DNA of 64,000 bases from positions 2,388,485 to 2,452,484 of the forward strand of contig NC_134027.1 of NCBI RefSeq assembly GCF_964204645.1, in the 5' to 3' direction. The notes under the pieces were generated by a model that worked only from the letters and a program-made list of their open reading frames with translations, made no database searches and was not told the origin of the DNA. Position numbers and translations under genes: made by a program. This document shows positions 50,501 to 63,800 of this stretch, piece by piece (positions within the stretch are counted from its first letter, which is position 1; every line of letters begins with the position of its first letter). Origin of the DNA: Tubulanus polymorphus (taxonomy: Eukaryota > Animalia > Nemertea).

Positions 50501-53500
50501 ATCTGGGATTATTGGTGAATGGTGTGTCGTGACGAGGTTCTTCTCCGATTGGCTTCAGATTCCGCACCGGGCAACTGTTGATGACTTATATTGCAGGTGG
50601 TTTTCGCTAGGTTGAAGAGTATATGACGCGCTCTGTGGCCCCTCTTTAATGAGGTATCACTTCACGTAGACTTGTCAGCTTCGTGATCAAACGGTTCAAA
50701 AACTACAACCGAACGGATGGAGAAAAAACGAATTTCAGTGTAGCAACACTTGAGTGGTTTGCAATACCATTGGTCTGAGTAGTTTGTGTTGAATCTGGAA
50801 TTAGCTGGCATATGCTTTGAGTGGTTTTGAGATTTTGAGATATGGTACATTTATAGATAAAAGATAGCTGGCAGTTTGTTAATATCGATATTTCTGACTC
50901 AGCAACTTTGGGTAGGTTTTATCTTTTACGTCGGTACATTAAATAGAAATTCCTTCGTTGAATTGTATCGAGTTTTACAAAACTCGAGAACGAGAATACG
51001 TCTTGAAAAGTAATACAGCAAACGGGGAAGCAAAGATTCAGCTTCGATTGTGAAAAATTCAATTTAACGTAGTTTAATCATTAATTTGATTCCCATTACA
51101 GAATGCTTAGAAACGTCGTGTTTCCGATGTTTGGTCGTGTTTCCGATTGTATTACTGTTTTATCTGACAGGTTTTCCTCTAATCGTTGAATAATGTTAAT
51201 GTCCTCGTCTACAGTTCGATTAAATACAATTCGGTTTTTCTGTCGAATGTCGAGGTTATTTAGTGCGACCGATATCAAATTTACTCGGTGTCAAGTAATG
51301 AAACATTCACGAATTCGTAAAAGCACGCGAGATTATGAGATATTGGCGACAAAAATTCTGCTGCACTATATAGTCAGTAAGATCGGGGGAACTCGCAGCG
51401 AACAACTTCGAAATTACTGAATTTCATGGTATTTTCATCTTGACATTTCGTTTTGTGGATAAATTGCTGCACTTGATTTTGTGTCAATCCGATTCGCTTT
51501 TGCTACTTTGCTTCCAACAGACGAACGACATTCCCTTCGGGCGGGTTTTTGTCAAGCGCGCACAGACTGATCTAGAGAGAGAGGAGAGAGAGGAGAGAGA
51601 GTTATATCGTACATCACCGAACATCAAGATGCTACGCTCTCACGTCATACACGATATCGACTGTTTCTATCATTGCTTAAAAACATGCGTCTCATGCGTT
51701 AATTGGACTTTTATGGCTGTTATATCCGCGCGCAAATCATATCTAACCGCGATAAAATCTGCCGTCGGGTTCCTGCCATCTGACCAATTTAGATATTGTA
51801 CCGTTTTTCATTTGTCTGATCTCGCCAACACCAGAGAGTCGTACAGTCGTAAGTTCCCATAGATTTCTCCTGGGTAATTTCCTATCCAATTTTGGGAAAC
51901 CTTTTTTTAAAGCTTATTCATTCATGCTTTGCTTCTCTTAGAATAATAAACCGAACGCGTATTCCGACGTAGATGATAGAACTTCCGTCTCTCGGCGGGC
52001 GAAACCTTCTAAACAAACGATATGACCAAAAACATGGAATCAGCTGAATCCCTTGAAGCTATTATCGGCGAATCTGGTCAGCACGTGTTGATCATATTTT
52101 TGGGGCCTCGATCTTGACACGAAGAAGATTCCGAGGTGACTCACCGAGAACCAAGAAAAATAAATCTCTGGGATTGAGCTTCATCGAACTCCGACATCAA
52201 CAAATAAATCGGTTTAATCCCGGCAGTCGGTGAAATATCGAGCTAGTTATTGACCGCGTTACCTGCAACGTCTTCTCTTTCATTCTGAATCATTTTTACA
52301 CTCGATGATATTTTCGGCAAAAAGTTCGTATTTTTGATAACGCGAAGGATTTCTCGTTTGCTCTCTCTCTCTCCTTCTCAGCTATCACTTCAGCATTCAC
52401 GCTTCACTAGACATTATTAGCGATATCACATTCGGGTTCAATGAATTTCAACCGTAAGATTGCTTTTGAATGTTCGGTTTGCTGAAATCAGTTTGATTAA
52501 TCAAGCTGTCTTTACTCAGGGAGGGGTGAATCATCTTTCCGTATTGATGCAGGGTTGTGCACTCTACAAGTTGCCGCCAAGGCAATCTTTTAATCACGCA
52601 CTCTATTAATCTTTCTCATTGTTGAACCCGTAAGGATTCGCGATTCGTCCCGCCCTGAAGTTTTTCTGCGTTAAGTCTCGATATTCGACACGTACACCTA
52701 ATCACCCTGTTCCGTTTAGATGTGAGCATGACTCACGGGCGCACTCTCAACTGTCGGAAATCTCAGTCCAGCGGCGATGCGGGGACACAAGGGTCGGTAA
52801 TTAACTCAGAGTCGATTCAGTAATAGTCCACGTCACAAACCCCCGATATCTGTCTGATGTGACATTCGATTGTGATCTATCATCGCTGAAACCAGTTGCT
52901 CATCGAAAATAAATACATCGTATCCGCTTGGCACATACAATCTACATCCAGTACGGCTGATGTTGATTTTCTTTCGGTAGAAATTCTTCTTATAGAAACT
53001 TATTTTTCATAAAGTTTCGGGTTGTTTTATATAAAGCTTTCGTTTTGCCTCTCGGGCACATCAGTCGGAATGGTTTCGGGTTATTATGCATTATGGAATA
53101 TTTCACTTAAACGCTGGCCGCCCACAATTACTTGTTGCCTCACGAGGCATCAAATATTTAGCTTTTAAAAGTCGAAAGTGCGCCGGATTTACTCCAGGTA
53201 TAGTCTCCATCAAGTGCTGTTGTCTTTGAGAGAAACATGAATATTTATCATTGCGTGAGTTGTGGCCTCTTTGAACATGTCAATTCCAAAGTCATTGCCA
53301 TTACGACAAGGCTTTATAAATTGTTATGTAGATGAAAATACCGTCGGACAATTATATACACCTCGCATATTTCTGATGGAAAATTGGTTTGTATTGTTGT
53401 TTTGGTTGTTCATGTCCACGGTATAAAAAAGACAGCGTGATCAAGTCGAGACAAGGCTGAACGGTAATTGGTATTTATTAATACCGTCGCCAGTCTCATC

Positions 53501-56035
53501 CGTGCGGGGACCAGTCTCATCCGTGCAGGGATACTCAACAAAACCGAAACATATATATCTTCGTTATGTAAGGAAATAATTTGTTCGGCGGGGAAGAACA
53601 AAGTGACATGTGATCTGGAGGATGATGTGGTCCCAATCTGCAACGTTCTTCATTAGATGAAATAATATGCAATATGTAATGTGCATGCATTGTGAGGTCG
53701 GGTGCAACAACAGTAAATTTAATTGTTTTTCAAGCACCTGCTAAAGTATCGCGTTGTTACGATGTAATGACGAATGGAATGGGTTTCTGGTAGGAAAGTG
53801 GAGTGGCTCGTCACTGGCAAGCTTTAATAATCAGGGGGAAAGTCGACGTTTCGTGTTAAATCGACGAAGTGGGGATGATCACCGGATAATGCTGTAATTG
53901 TACCGGTCTGGTTAATAGCGACGTTTTCCTGATGCGGGTCGAATTTATAACCGTATCGCATTCACGAACCAGACGAGTTTTACTACGAGTTGTGTTTGTA
54001 CTGGGGGTCGTGACGACGCTCGTTAGGGCGCTAAAGGTCCTCGCGCGGACAATACCGACGATGCCCCTCAGGATTTATCAACGCGATGTCGGCGAGTGAA
54101 ATAGATGACGTTATTCCATTATAAAATGGCTTATTTATCCTCGTCTCTGATCAGATCTGGATTCAGTTAAGCGTGTTACGGTTTCCGGGTGACGCCGGAT
54201 TATGGAGACACGTTGGCTACTGAATTGTTTAATATAGGAAATATCGCTACGACAAGTTTTTTATCTGTTGTTTGTATTCTAACTAATTACAACGAGTCGC
54301 CGTGATTGGCACAGGGCGATGCTCATTTAGCTTCCAGCGAGGTTTTACTGCGTCTAGGTATTTCGGAAAGGTAGACGAAAGGCGAGACGAACGGTGAAGA
54401 TCTAATTCAAAATCAGAACAATCATTTTCGCTCGGTTTAAATACGATTAGGAAAAGTCAAGAAATTAAGAAGAATTACGTCGTCGATGCTTTGCTCAGTA
54501 ATCATTCAGCTCGGTCGTGATTCATCTTCTGTCGACGGTAAAATGTGATTTTCAATCTGCAGTGTCCGATGCGGTTGTGTAAAGAAACCAGTGTTTGTAC
54601 TGCATATGCCAGTTGCTTGTTCGCTTCATGTGTTCACTGATTGCTACGATAGTTGATTTCGCGACGTTTCAGTCTGTTTTTTATTCAAACAGCGATTAAA
54701 CAGAGAACACGACAGTAATCGGATAGTTTTGGATAACTCAATTATTGGACATCATCCGCATAGTTAATTATACAATATATGAAAGACACAGTTCAGCAGC
54801 CGATATTTGTCTCGTTATTTTCAAGGGAACCGTCACAGTTGCCGAGTAGTTTTTTCGCGCCACTATTCGAGCGAATTTTTTGGCAATTTCTCTTGCTCGT
54901 TGGAATCGGATGGTTCTCGAGTCGACATTTGGGATTTGTTTCGGATTTCGTTAGTAATTGGATTTTCCAAAAAAAAACGGCGCTCGCAAAGTAGTGTATG
55001 ATTATATTACCCATTATAGATAGAATCTTTCTGGGTGGATAATTCTATGTGAAGAATGCAGTGATTCGCACCAGCTCTAGAGTCTTATCATTCGGATTGT
55101 TTTACAATCATTCTACTGATTTTCTCAAAGAAACTTTTCTCTTTACGCAAAGCATAACGAAACACGGGAAACCTGTTTTGTGCCGTTGCAGGATTTCTGG
55201 CGACGAAAACATCAATAATTTACCACACGCAACATAAAAATACGATACCGGTTGCTTTACTTCGACATATCATCTTTTTGACAGAATTTTTATAGGATTC
55301 TTGCCCACATTTTATTGCTTTTTCTAATGAATTTTTTTCTAGAACACGGAACGACGAAGCTGTGATCAGTCGTCGAGCAGCTGCGCATCACTGCGAACAT
55401 CATAGATCACCTGCAGATTATAAATATCAACATCAATTATTCAAAAACTAAACGTGATTGTTATTGGCAATTAAGCTTGTGCTCTGTGTCTCTGCGGACG
55501 TTGCGCGGACATGTTGGAAATGTGAACAGTCTAAAGGCCGGGAACAGATGGACTATGTGCCCTAGAACTGCAAAACAAAAGGATGTTTACGTGAATAATT
55601 AACGGATTTGTGGTTATTAATACGCGATTTATTGCTGTCAGTTCTTCTTTAATTCATTAACGTGTAACTTTCACAGAGCTGCTGGTTTTGAATGCCTTTG
55701 TTCGAAAGCGCGTGCTTAACACGTGTGTATGTCAAACCGTACGAGTCTCACTTGAAACTCTCAGATTCTGCGACTTCAGGTATTAAACTCAAACACTTAA
55801 CGTGAGTAAGGCTACAGCTCCGGGGTTACCGTGCTAGTCACATGTATACAGCTCGATGTAATTGCGTCAGGATTAATGGAAGTTCACGTCGCTGAAATTA
55901 ACTTTGTCTCTACACTTTTAAAGAAAGCGCACGAACTCACTGGAATTATTGGCGAATAAATGTGTCGTTTTTGACATTTTTATGGTTTCAATTTCCTCTG
56001 AAAACGTTTGTGCGCGATACGCCGCAACTTCTCTT

Positions 56036-56048
56036 CTTATATATAGAA
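56036..56048 (+). promoter_or_regulatory. Candidate TATA box for the proximal signal-peptide exon
   Basis: CTTATATATAGAA about 170 bp upstream of ATG 56214, next to a CpG-containing stretch. Confidence 0.35.
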
Positions 56049-56213
56049 GCGATTCCGAAGCAATCGTAGCTACAAAGTAACGGATTACTGTTTAACAGCG
56101 AGGCAAACGAGGAATGTTACACTTGTTTTTAGAGACTCTACAATTTGTACCATGGAGCGATTCGTCTATATATTGATAGTATAAAAAAATCAGTGAATAA
56201 GTGACAGTTGAAA

Positions 56214-56325
56214 ATGGATTATATTTGCGTGTTAACCGTTGTCGCTGTAGCTGTATTGGCTAAGTGGACCCACTGCACAACGGACGATGTGGTGGAAATC
56301 ATCGCCACGGAGGATGGTCTGATCG
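56214..56325 (+). CDS. Signal-peptide exon C of a secreted or membrane CUB-domain protein (MDYICVLTVVAVAVLAKWTHCTTDDVVEIIATEDGLI)
   Basis: aaaATGg start context, classic hydrophobic h-region, T-H-C cleavage-like site, donor TCG|gtacgt in phase 1 matching exon 60385. Confidence 0.75.
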
Positions 56326-59300
56326 GTACGTATATTATAGTTTATGAAACATTAATAGGAATTGTCGTGGCATGTCTGCCCTGCATCTCATAGTTCATTA
56401 CTCGGTTATTCAGTAATCCGAACGCAATTAATTTAGCGCTGGATAGTTAATAAATTGGGATTCACATCAGGCGATACCTTTGACATTTTGTCCTATAAAG
56501 AACATATACAACCACGTGGTTTTTAGCGTAAACAATACCACAAATATCAATTCCGAACGTTTTCTTTTACTTGTGGAGATATTATGATCGTATATGTACT
56601 TATTTTTGTATATACGCGGATATCTGATCGCGATATCGTTCTTATTTTCTGTGCCATTTTTGTTAGAAATACACACGAGTATCTATCACATTTCAGTATC
56701 GCATTGATCAAAAAGCGTTAAAAATCCCGCCGATACGAACTAAAAAACAAATATGTGCAGGGCCATAAAAGTATACGCATAAACGCAGATGATATATGAA
56801 TTTCTGAGAGAAGAAAGTAGTATTTACTATAGTGCAGTTTCCGCGGGTTTATCATACATTCGGTTGATGAGGAAATTATTCTATATATAGAATTGTTTGC
56901 CATATTCAGCGCAGATTCGTTTAATCAGTGAATGAGCGATGAATGTTACTTGAAACGTCGGTAATTAGGAATTTGTCACTGCATTTATACACACACTACA
57001 GGGCACCTGCAGTAGAAACAGCAGGTCCAGTAATAAGCCTGAGTCAGTGGTCTCTACATCCGGATGAGGAAGTAGCAAACCTGATTCGGTGTCTATTTGT
57101 TAATTATGTTCATCACTTTATTGTTTGAATGATTGACCTCTCACTGATGCGCGGCATGTTTTACAAGTCAATCTCTCACTGTTCCGCGAGGGTTCCTCGC
57201 CGCTTTTGCTACATTCGCTATTCATTCCCGTTCTTGCCACTTTGGTCGTTGTTTCGTATTTGCGATCAATCTTTCGTCTTGTGAGAGTATATAAAAAGAA
57301 GCCGCGAGTCAAAGAAAATACACAATGGAGTTAGAATGATGAAAGGATCAATAAACAAAATACTACACGTTCTAGACAATAAAACCACGAAGACTTTGAT
57401 ATCTGATACATTAGTAGAATCTTTGCGGTAAACAAGAAAATTCTCTCCTTCCTAGCGATATTTATTACCTGTTGTCGAAGCAGCAGTCTTTGCCTTAAAA
57501 ATCATGTAGGTATAATTAAAGCTTGATGAGTCATTCTCTCATGTCACTGCAATGCTTTATTGCAGCACCAGTTGCCATCTACTCGCACTCACTCGCAAAT
57601 ATTCATTCCAAGATCCAGAGATCTATCTAGTAGTTCTCCAGTTTGTTCAAGTTCATTTGAATAAGTACTTATTCGTGTAATGCTCATATATCTTAATATA
57701 TCTGAATTGAATTAATCGAATTTCGCTGACAAAATCGTACATTTACTATTTGTTCCCAATTTTCTTTTTTTGCAATAGTCGGTGATATTTTTCATCGTGA
57801 AATAAGATTCTTATCTTTGTTGCAGTTGAAAGTCTAACCTGCCACAACAGATGATGATTCCAATAGACACTCATTTGTAATCATTCTTACCCGGTATCTA
57901 GAAACATTTAGAAAATTGATGATTCTCTTAAAGGAAAATTGAATATCTTTCAGTTCTTTCCGAGGACTTTTGGCTAATTTATGTTCCCCTTTGTTTGGAA
58001 AAAAAAACAAATGTGCTTTCAAGTAAGATGTGACGTCACGAGTAACCTGGTCACATTAGGTCGTCATGCTTGATCGTAAACCAGCTGGGCGTTTTGGCCG
58101 AGCAGGTTAAGGTTTTCGGTTCCTAAAGTTAGGTTAGGCAGGCTAAAAATCGCAGAGGATTTTTCGATCAGCAAATCTTATTGTAAGCAGTATGGAAGTC
58201 GTTCTATTTTTCCAGCTTCAGATATATAGCTTTCGACAGTCTCATTTGCAGCTAAGCGTTTACGATTCGCGCCGTTCCGTTTCTTAACCTCGTGTTGCGT
58301 GGACCACTGGGAATTTACTCTTCGCACCATTTCCGCAACCTCTCACTCACAATCTCGAGAATTACTCTCGGGTTTTAAACGTGATTCGTTCGTTAGCTCG
58401 GACTCTCTCTCTCTCTCACTCTATACGTCATCGTATCGCCCATTGTCCAGATATTTACAAAAGAAATTACCAAAGAAAGATATGATTAAAAAAACCTAAT
58501 CGGATACTTTAGAAATTGATGATTCTCGTGAGTCACTCGGCAGTGATCTTGGCGCAACTTGCTGGGATAATTCGAGCAACATGTTCGCCCAGGTTGTTCA
58601 GAATGATCTTCGACGAACTGTGTCCGATTAGTGAATCATATAAGCGATTTAAAAGATGGTGTACTATTTCAGCAACTACTTTTCCCGACTAAATCAGAAT
58701 CTTAACAAAAGCAGATGCGCTGTTATTGTTGTAGTCCGCTGAGTCAACATCCATGCATATTTATGACTAGGTTTGGACTGAAAAATTGCGGGGTACAACT
58801 CCGAAGTGCCGTTCCTAATAAACGTCAGGTCTGCAAACACAATTTTCGTCGGCAGAAAATAAATGATTTTTCGTTATACTACGATGAAGGGTCCTCTCGT
58901 GAAGGTATTAGTCAGTTATTTAAGTGTTTTGACTGGTTTTTGATGAGGCATACATTGGAAGATAATTAAGGTAATCCCTGATGAAGAAGTTAGAAGTGGG
59001 AAGAAGTTTTCAAGATGTGGGTTCATTTTGTGGTGAGGAAAGTGACTCACATCATCGCTACTCCAATTAAGGTCCTAATTAATGTGATAAATGTAAGCTA
59101 ACCTGCCAGACAGTACATTAATGGTGTCTCCCTGGAAGAGGTACCACTCGTCCTTCACACGTCCGCCAGCTGTTTTAGAAATGATCATCATCTGTTTTTG
59201 ACGACCTGTTCTTTATTTGTTGACCGATATGAAATCGATTTCATTTTATCCCGAGTGCAGTTTGTTTTCAGCATACGATCAGCTATCGAGAGGTACATCA

Positions 59301-60384
59301 CAAGATTCCACACAGTAAGAATGAAAACTTGTCATCTTCAAGGATATCCATGAATATGACTATAGGGATATAGTCGAAACGTTAAATAAAGAACTAGAAC
59401 AGAAGAAAAAAACTTGGACTCTTTTCATTCTAAGTGTGAGATTTTGTATGATCGTTACAACATCTTTACAACACGGACAGTGTTTCACCGGGTTATTGAT
59501 ATACGTACATTACTGATACATATCACTGGAACATCAAATCACGCACAATTCAAACTGAACTTCATACTGCAACTGAACCGCTGCCGATGATAAATTCATG
59601 TCTTTCATATATTTATGTACTTGACACTTGGCTGTTTAATAAAATTTCACTATGAGTCAAACATTTACCAATAAAATTGGTATTTGCAACGTGCGAGAAG
59701 TGGCTCTGGGAATGACAGTGATGGCATTTCAACGACATGCGTATTAATCATGTGATGTTTTAAACTCTCTCTCTGTCGGTTCTATTCGCGATACGAGGAA
59801 CGAGTGAACTAATTTTCTATCGCAGATGATGTCATTGAATGTTCATTAACAAGTAGTTATTTCATAGCGCCCGTATTTGTTTAATCAATGATTCACGCCC
59901 GATTTAGTCGTCGTATTGTGTTTTTTGGTTTGTCACATGATAACACAGTAAACATTGTTTATAGTAATGAACCCACAATCATGACCATTTTAGTATGACC
60001 GGTATTTGCTTAGTTTTCTCAATAACTGTTGAAATGTTCGAGCTGGCACGGTATGAATCACTCCTCGACTTGATGATATCTTAAATATTCAGCCTAATTA
60101 CACAACGTGGTTGGGATAGAAATGTTTGCTGAACTGAGCAATGCTTTGACACCGATTTCACGAACTCCGTGCTCTACAGTGACGTAGAGTACTACCCTGA
60201 TGTAGAGACTTATCAGTAATCCATGGACTCCCGTAGTTAGTTGTGTGTGTGAACTATTACATTTTGCAAGAATTTACGAAATCAACCAATACTTTAGGAA
60301 AACAATCCTTAGAAACTCAATCACTCTATTGGACGCGCTTGTTGTAAAGGATGTTTTATTGTCATGACTGTTTTTATCTTGCAG

Positions 60385-60575
60385 AATACCGAAAAACATT
60401 CGAAGGTTCCCACGATAGCCACGTTGCAACTGGACACTTCACCTCCCCCCGATTCCCGAAGAAATATCCGCTGGATAATACCATTCACACGTTTATCATA
60501 CATAATACAAGTCCCGATGGGTTCATACAAGTGACATTTGACGATCTAGATCTGCACCCGAAGAGTCTGATTGAG
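60385..60575 (+). CDS. CUB-like domain exon (N-terminal half); gene continues beyond the window
   Basis: EYRKTFEGSHDSHVATGHFTSPRFPKKYPLDNTIHTFIIHNTSPDGFIQVTFDDLDLHPKSLIE fits the CUB pattern G-x-F-x-SP-x-FP-x-x-YP...I-x-V-x-F-x-x-x-DL. Acceptor tttttatcttgcag, donor GAG|gtatgt, phase 1 to 0. Confidence 0.85.
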
Positions 60576-60765
60576 GTATGTATAGACAGAGATAGCCAGT
60601 CATTACACGGTCACGTCAGTAGATGAAATTTTCATGTTTTCATGACGTCAACGGAGTTCAGACATTGGTAGATTATTAATTTCTGGAACATTTTCCATTA
60701 TATCAAATTCGTTGAATTGCCTCTATAGTTCAGGCGCACCAGATGCGATGCGTCTGACGTCACTG

Positions 60766-60843
60766 CGCGTCATATTGGACGTCAGTCGGTAAACTGAAGT
60801 CAAAGGTCACAGTTCGCCGCTATTCCACGTCCAATATGACGCG
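60766..60843. repeat. Perfect 17-bp inverted repeat with a 44-bp spacer
   Basis: CGCGTCATATTGGACGT (60766-82) / ACGTCCAATATGACGCG (60827-43). Confidence 0.9.
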
Positions 60844-63800
60844 ATTGAACAATACGTTGGTCGTGCGTGCATTACTTCTATATTGGGCTTCCGGGTGAAT
60901 GTGCTAATTACGAATGTGGACTGAGGGACCCCACTTAAGACATCTGATTTTGACAGTTATTCTAATCAACATTTCCTAGATGACGATAACACTGGTGGTC
61001 TCAGTATTGGACAAACCGTTGGATTTACTTTAAGTCGATGTTGTCGTTGTTGGATTTAACGACGACATCCGTAACGCGTGCGCGCGTAGTGGACCAAATT
61101 GCCCATTCAGATGGTCCTTGACATGTATGACTGATAGACATCTTAATAAGACATGATCAGCTTAATCAATTTGTCCTGGACGACGCTATAATAACTGTGC
61201 AAATACTTCTGATCCTGTAATTTACCGTTTACAGTGGCCGGGTCATCTCGTTCTCTGACATCTACACGCCGGCCGTACACTGCTGTCTTGCGATGCGGTG
61301 GCTTTAACTATACGAAATGTTTACAATTTTGGTTATTTCGGCACGGCATAGGTCTATATCCTGGACACAATCAGATCAGCGACAGTAATGCTGTCGTGAC
61401 ACTTAGTTTTAGACAGAAAGGTCTGATAATGGTTTATAGTGCGATGAAAGTCTAAGCTTGTTAGCTATATTTACGACTCATGATCTGTGGTAAGTAGATT
61501 GGTGTCTGAGATCAAACACAGTTTTCCACCATTCGTAGCCTCTTCGAGAAAAAAGAATATATACATATAATGGATGTTGCGACCGATTTTGCCGGTGGTC
61601 GCTAGCAGCAATCTTTTAAGTGTCTGATATACGTTATCGGTAGAGCAGAGATTTACCTTCGGCATACTGTAGGTTCTCCGAGGAAATCTGACTTCCACTA
61701 TCGAGTAAATGTTGTCAGCGTAAATGCAATATTTACTGACAATATCAGTGACCAACTGGGAGTCACTGTAGGAATGATGTTTATTTGATAGGAAACTGGG
61801 GGTTAGCGAAGTTTTATTGTTAACTCCGTCCGGCAACTCACATAGAAACGATAGAGCGCTAATGGAAAGACGTCGTTCGTCGCTCGATCATACGTACTTT
61901 CTTAACCGAGCGAATAAGAAATCTATTTACGTTTTATGAAATAACAAGAATCTTCTCATCTAAAACACGGTTGTGATGTTGATTGCGATGTGATATTAAA
62001 TAACATCGTTTGGTATACTTAATGTATATGTTTGCGCCGTCATACACGGAATTCAAGGTTACACTGTCGCGCTATATTTGACAAATGAGCAGATTTCTGA
62101 AAGATTATCATTCTACCATTCGTTGGGTTGTTTATATACACACCACGAGTTATGGATAGATTTTTTGCGACTGATTCCAAATTGATCCCAGTTGTCAAGT
62201 GATAGTCCTAATAGCTCTTCACGTCTCCGATCGTATAGTAGCTAACAGGCAAAATTTCTGACATTAATTGCTTGTACGCAGCCATTTATTGGGTAGTAAA
62301 AATCGTGTCTTTGATATTCGTCGGGTGGATTTCATCAGGAAATAATTCGCATTTTGCACTGTTCACATAAGCTGCTAATAACTACGCTTTGGGTGATAAA
62401 TACTTGAGATCTCATACATCATTCTGAGGCGCGGAATAGAATTAAGAATTGTGAACGATGCGTTTTGTCGGTCGTGGGCGTTTAGAGAATCTTGTACCTA
62501 CAAACTCATAAACACATCGTCTGTTGAGTTCCCATTAATCGGTGAACAGACCTAGACGTGTTGATTATTTGGTATTTGACGTAAAACATCTAAATTCTGA
62601 AACTATCGATTTATGCACAAACGTTCAGTGAAAATCTCTCTCATATGTACAGGTCATTTATAGGTTGTTGCTTTCATTAATATCTACTATCACTCATTTA
62701 GTTTCCTCTTGAACTTTTTCCACATTTTATTTTACTCGAGACAAGTCTTAATTAGAGATCAGTGTCAGTCATGTGTTTAATTGAATTTCGGTACTTTGCG
62801 CATCCAACTTTATGATCATAATTCAACAACTCAACAGATTCCGCAGGGAACGCGCGGAACCTTCGTGTTTTCGTTTCGTCTGTTAAAAATACATTAAACA
62901 ATTATTAACTGAGTTAATTGGTTGGAAACTGAAGCTGAGTTTTTCGTTAATTCGCTCGAAATAAGATAATTACATCGATGAGTTTGGATCGAGGTTAGAT
63001 GAATGACAGCGTCGTTACGAGACGCCATCTCTTCCACTTGTTGAATATAGAGCCTTCAACGAGTTGACATTATCGGAAGGAGATAATTGAGCATTCGTTT
63101 ACGCGTGAAATTGATGGCTTAAAAACCTGAAAATATTAATGGAAATTCAAAATAAACAAACGCGACGAAAATCAAGCGAATCTCGACGCATTTTGGAGAT
63201 CTGCGCTGGTCTTGTTTGTATTGGACAAAACTCATTAAGTTTAATGAATTTGTGCGGGCCTTAGTTTATAATGGTTTTACTTAATATCTTCAGAACAATA
63301 AATCCTGTAATTCCAATATGCGAATTAACGTTTGTGATATTAGGTTACCGTGCAGCTTATTGGAAAATCGTGTTTATTAAATATTGACATGGTATTACGT
63401 TACGTAGCGAAATAGTCAACTAGGTCCAATAGTTGCATTGATATTTAAAGTCTGGGCAACATAATTTGAGGGAAAATATAGATTTTTATGTTTTCAAATT
63501 TGGAAAAACTACATGAACATCTGGCCTGCAAACTTTTAAGCGTTATAATGCACTTTTAGGCTTCAAAAATGCAAATGCCGCGTTACAATTATCGTCGACA
63601 ATCCGTAGTGTGACAACTGACAGTAACTGTGAGACACACGCAGCAAAAATTCAATATAGGACACAGAAGGAACTGAGCTTAAAAGCTTTCAGTTTTATTT
63701 CGCTAAGTGGACCCATTCCTGTGCCATGTGAAGATGTTAAAAATCTTTCGTGACAAGAAAGTAGATCCCGCGATCTCAGATCTGCACGATTTTTCATCGC

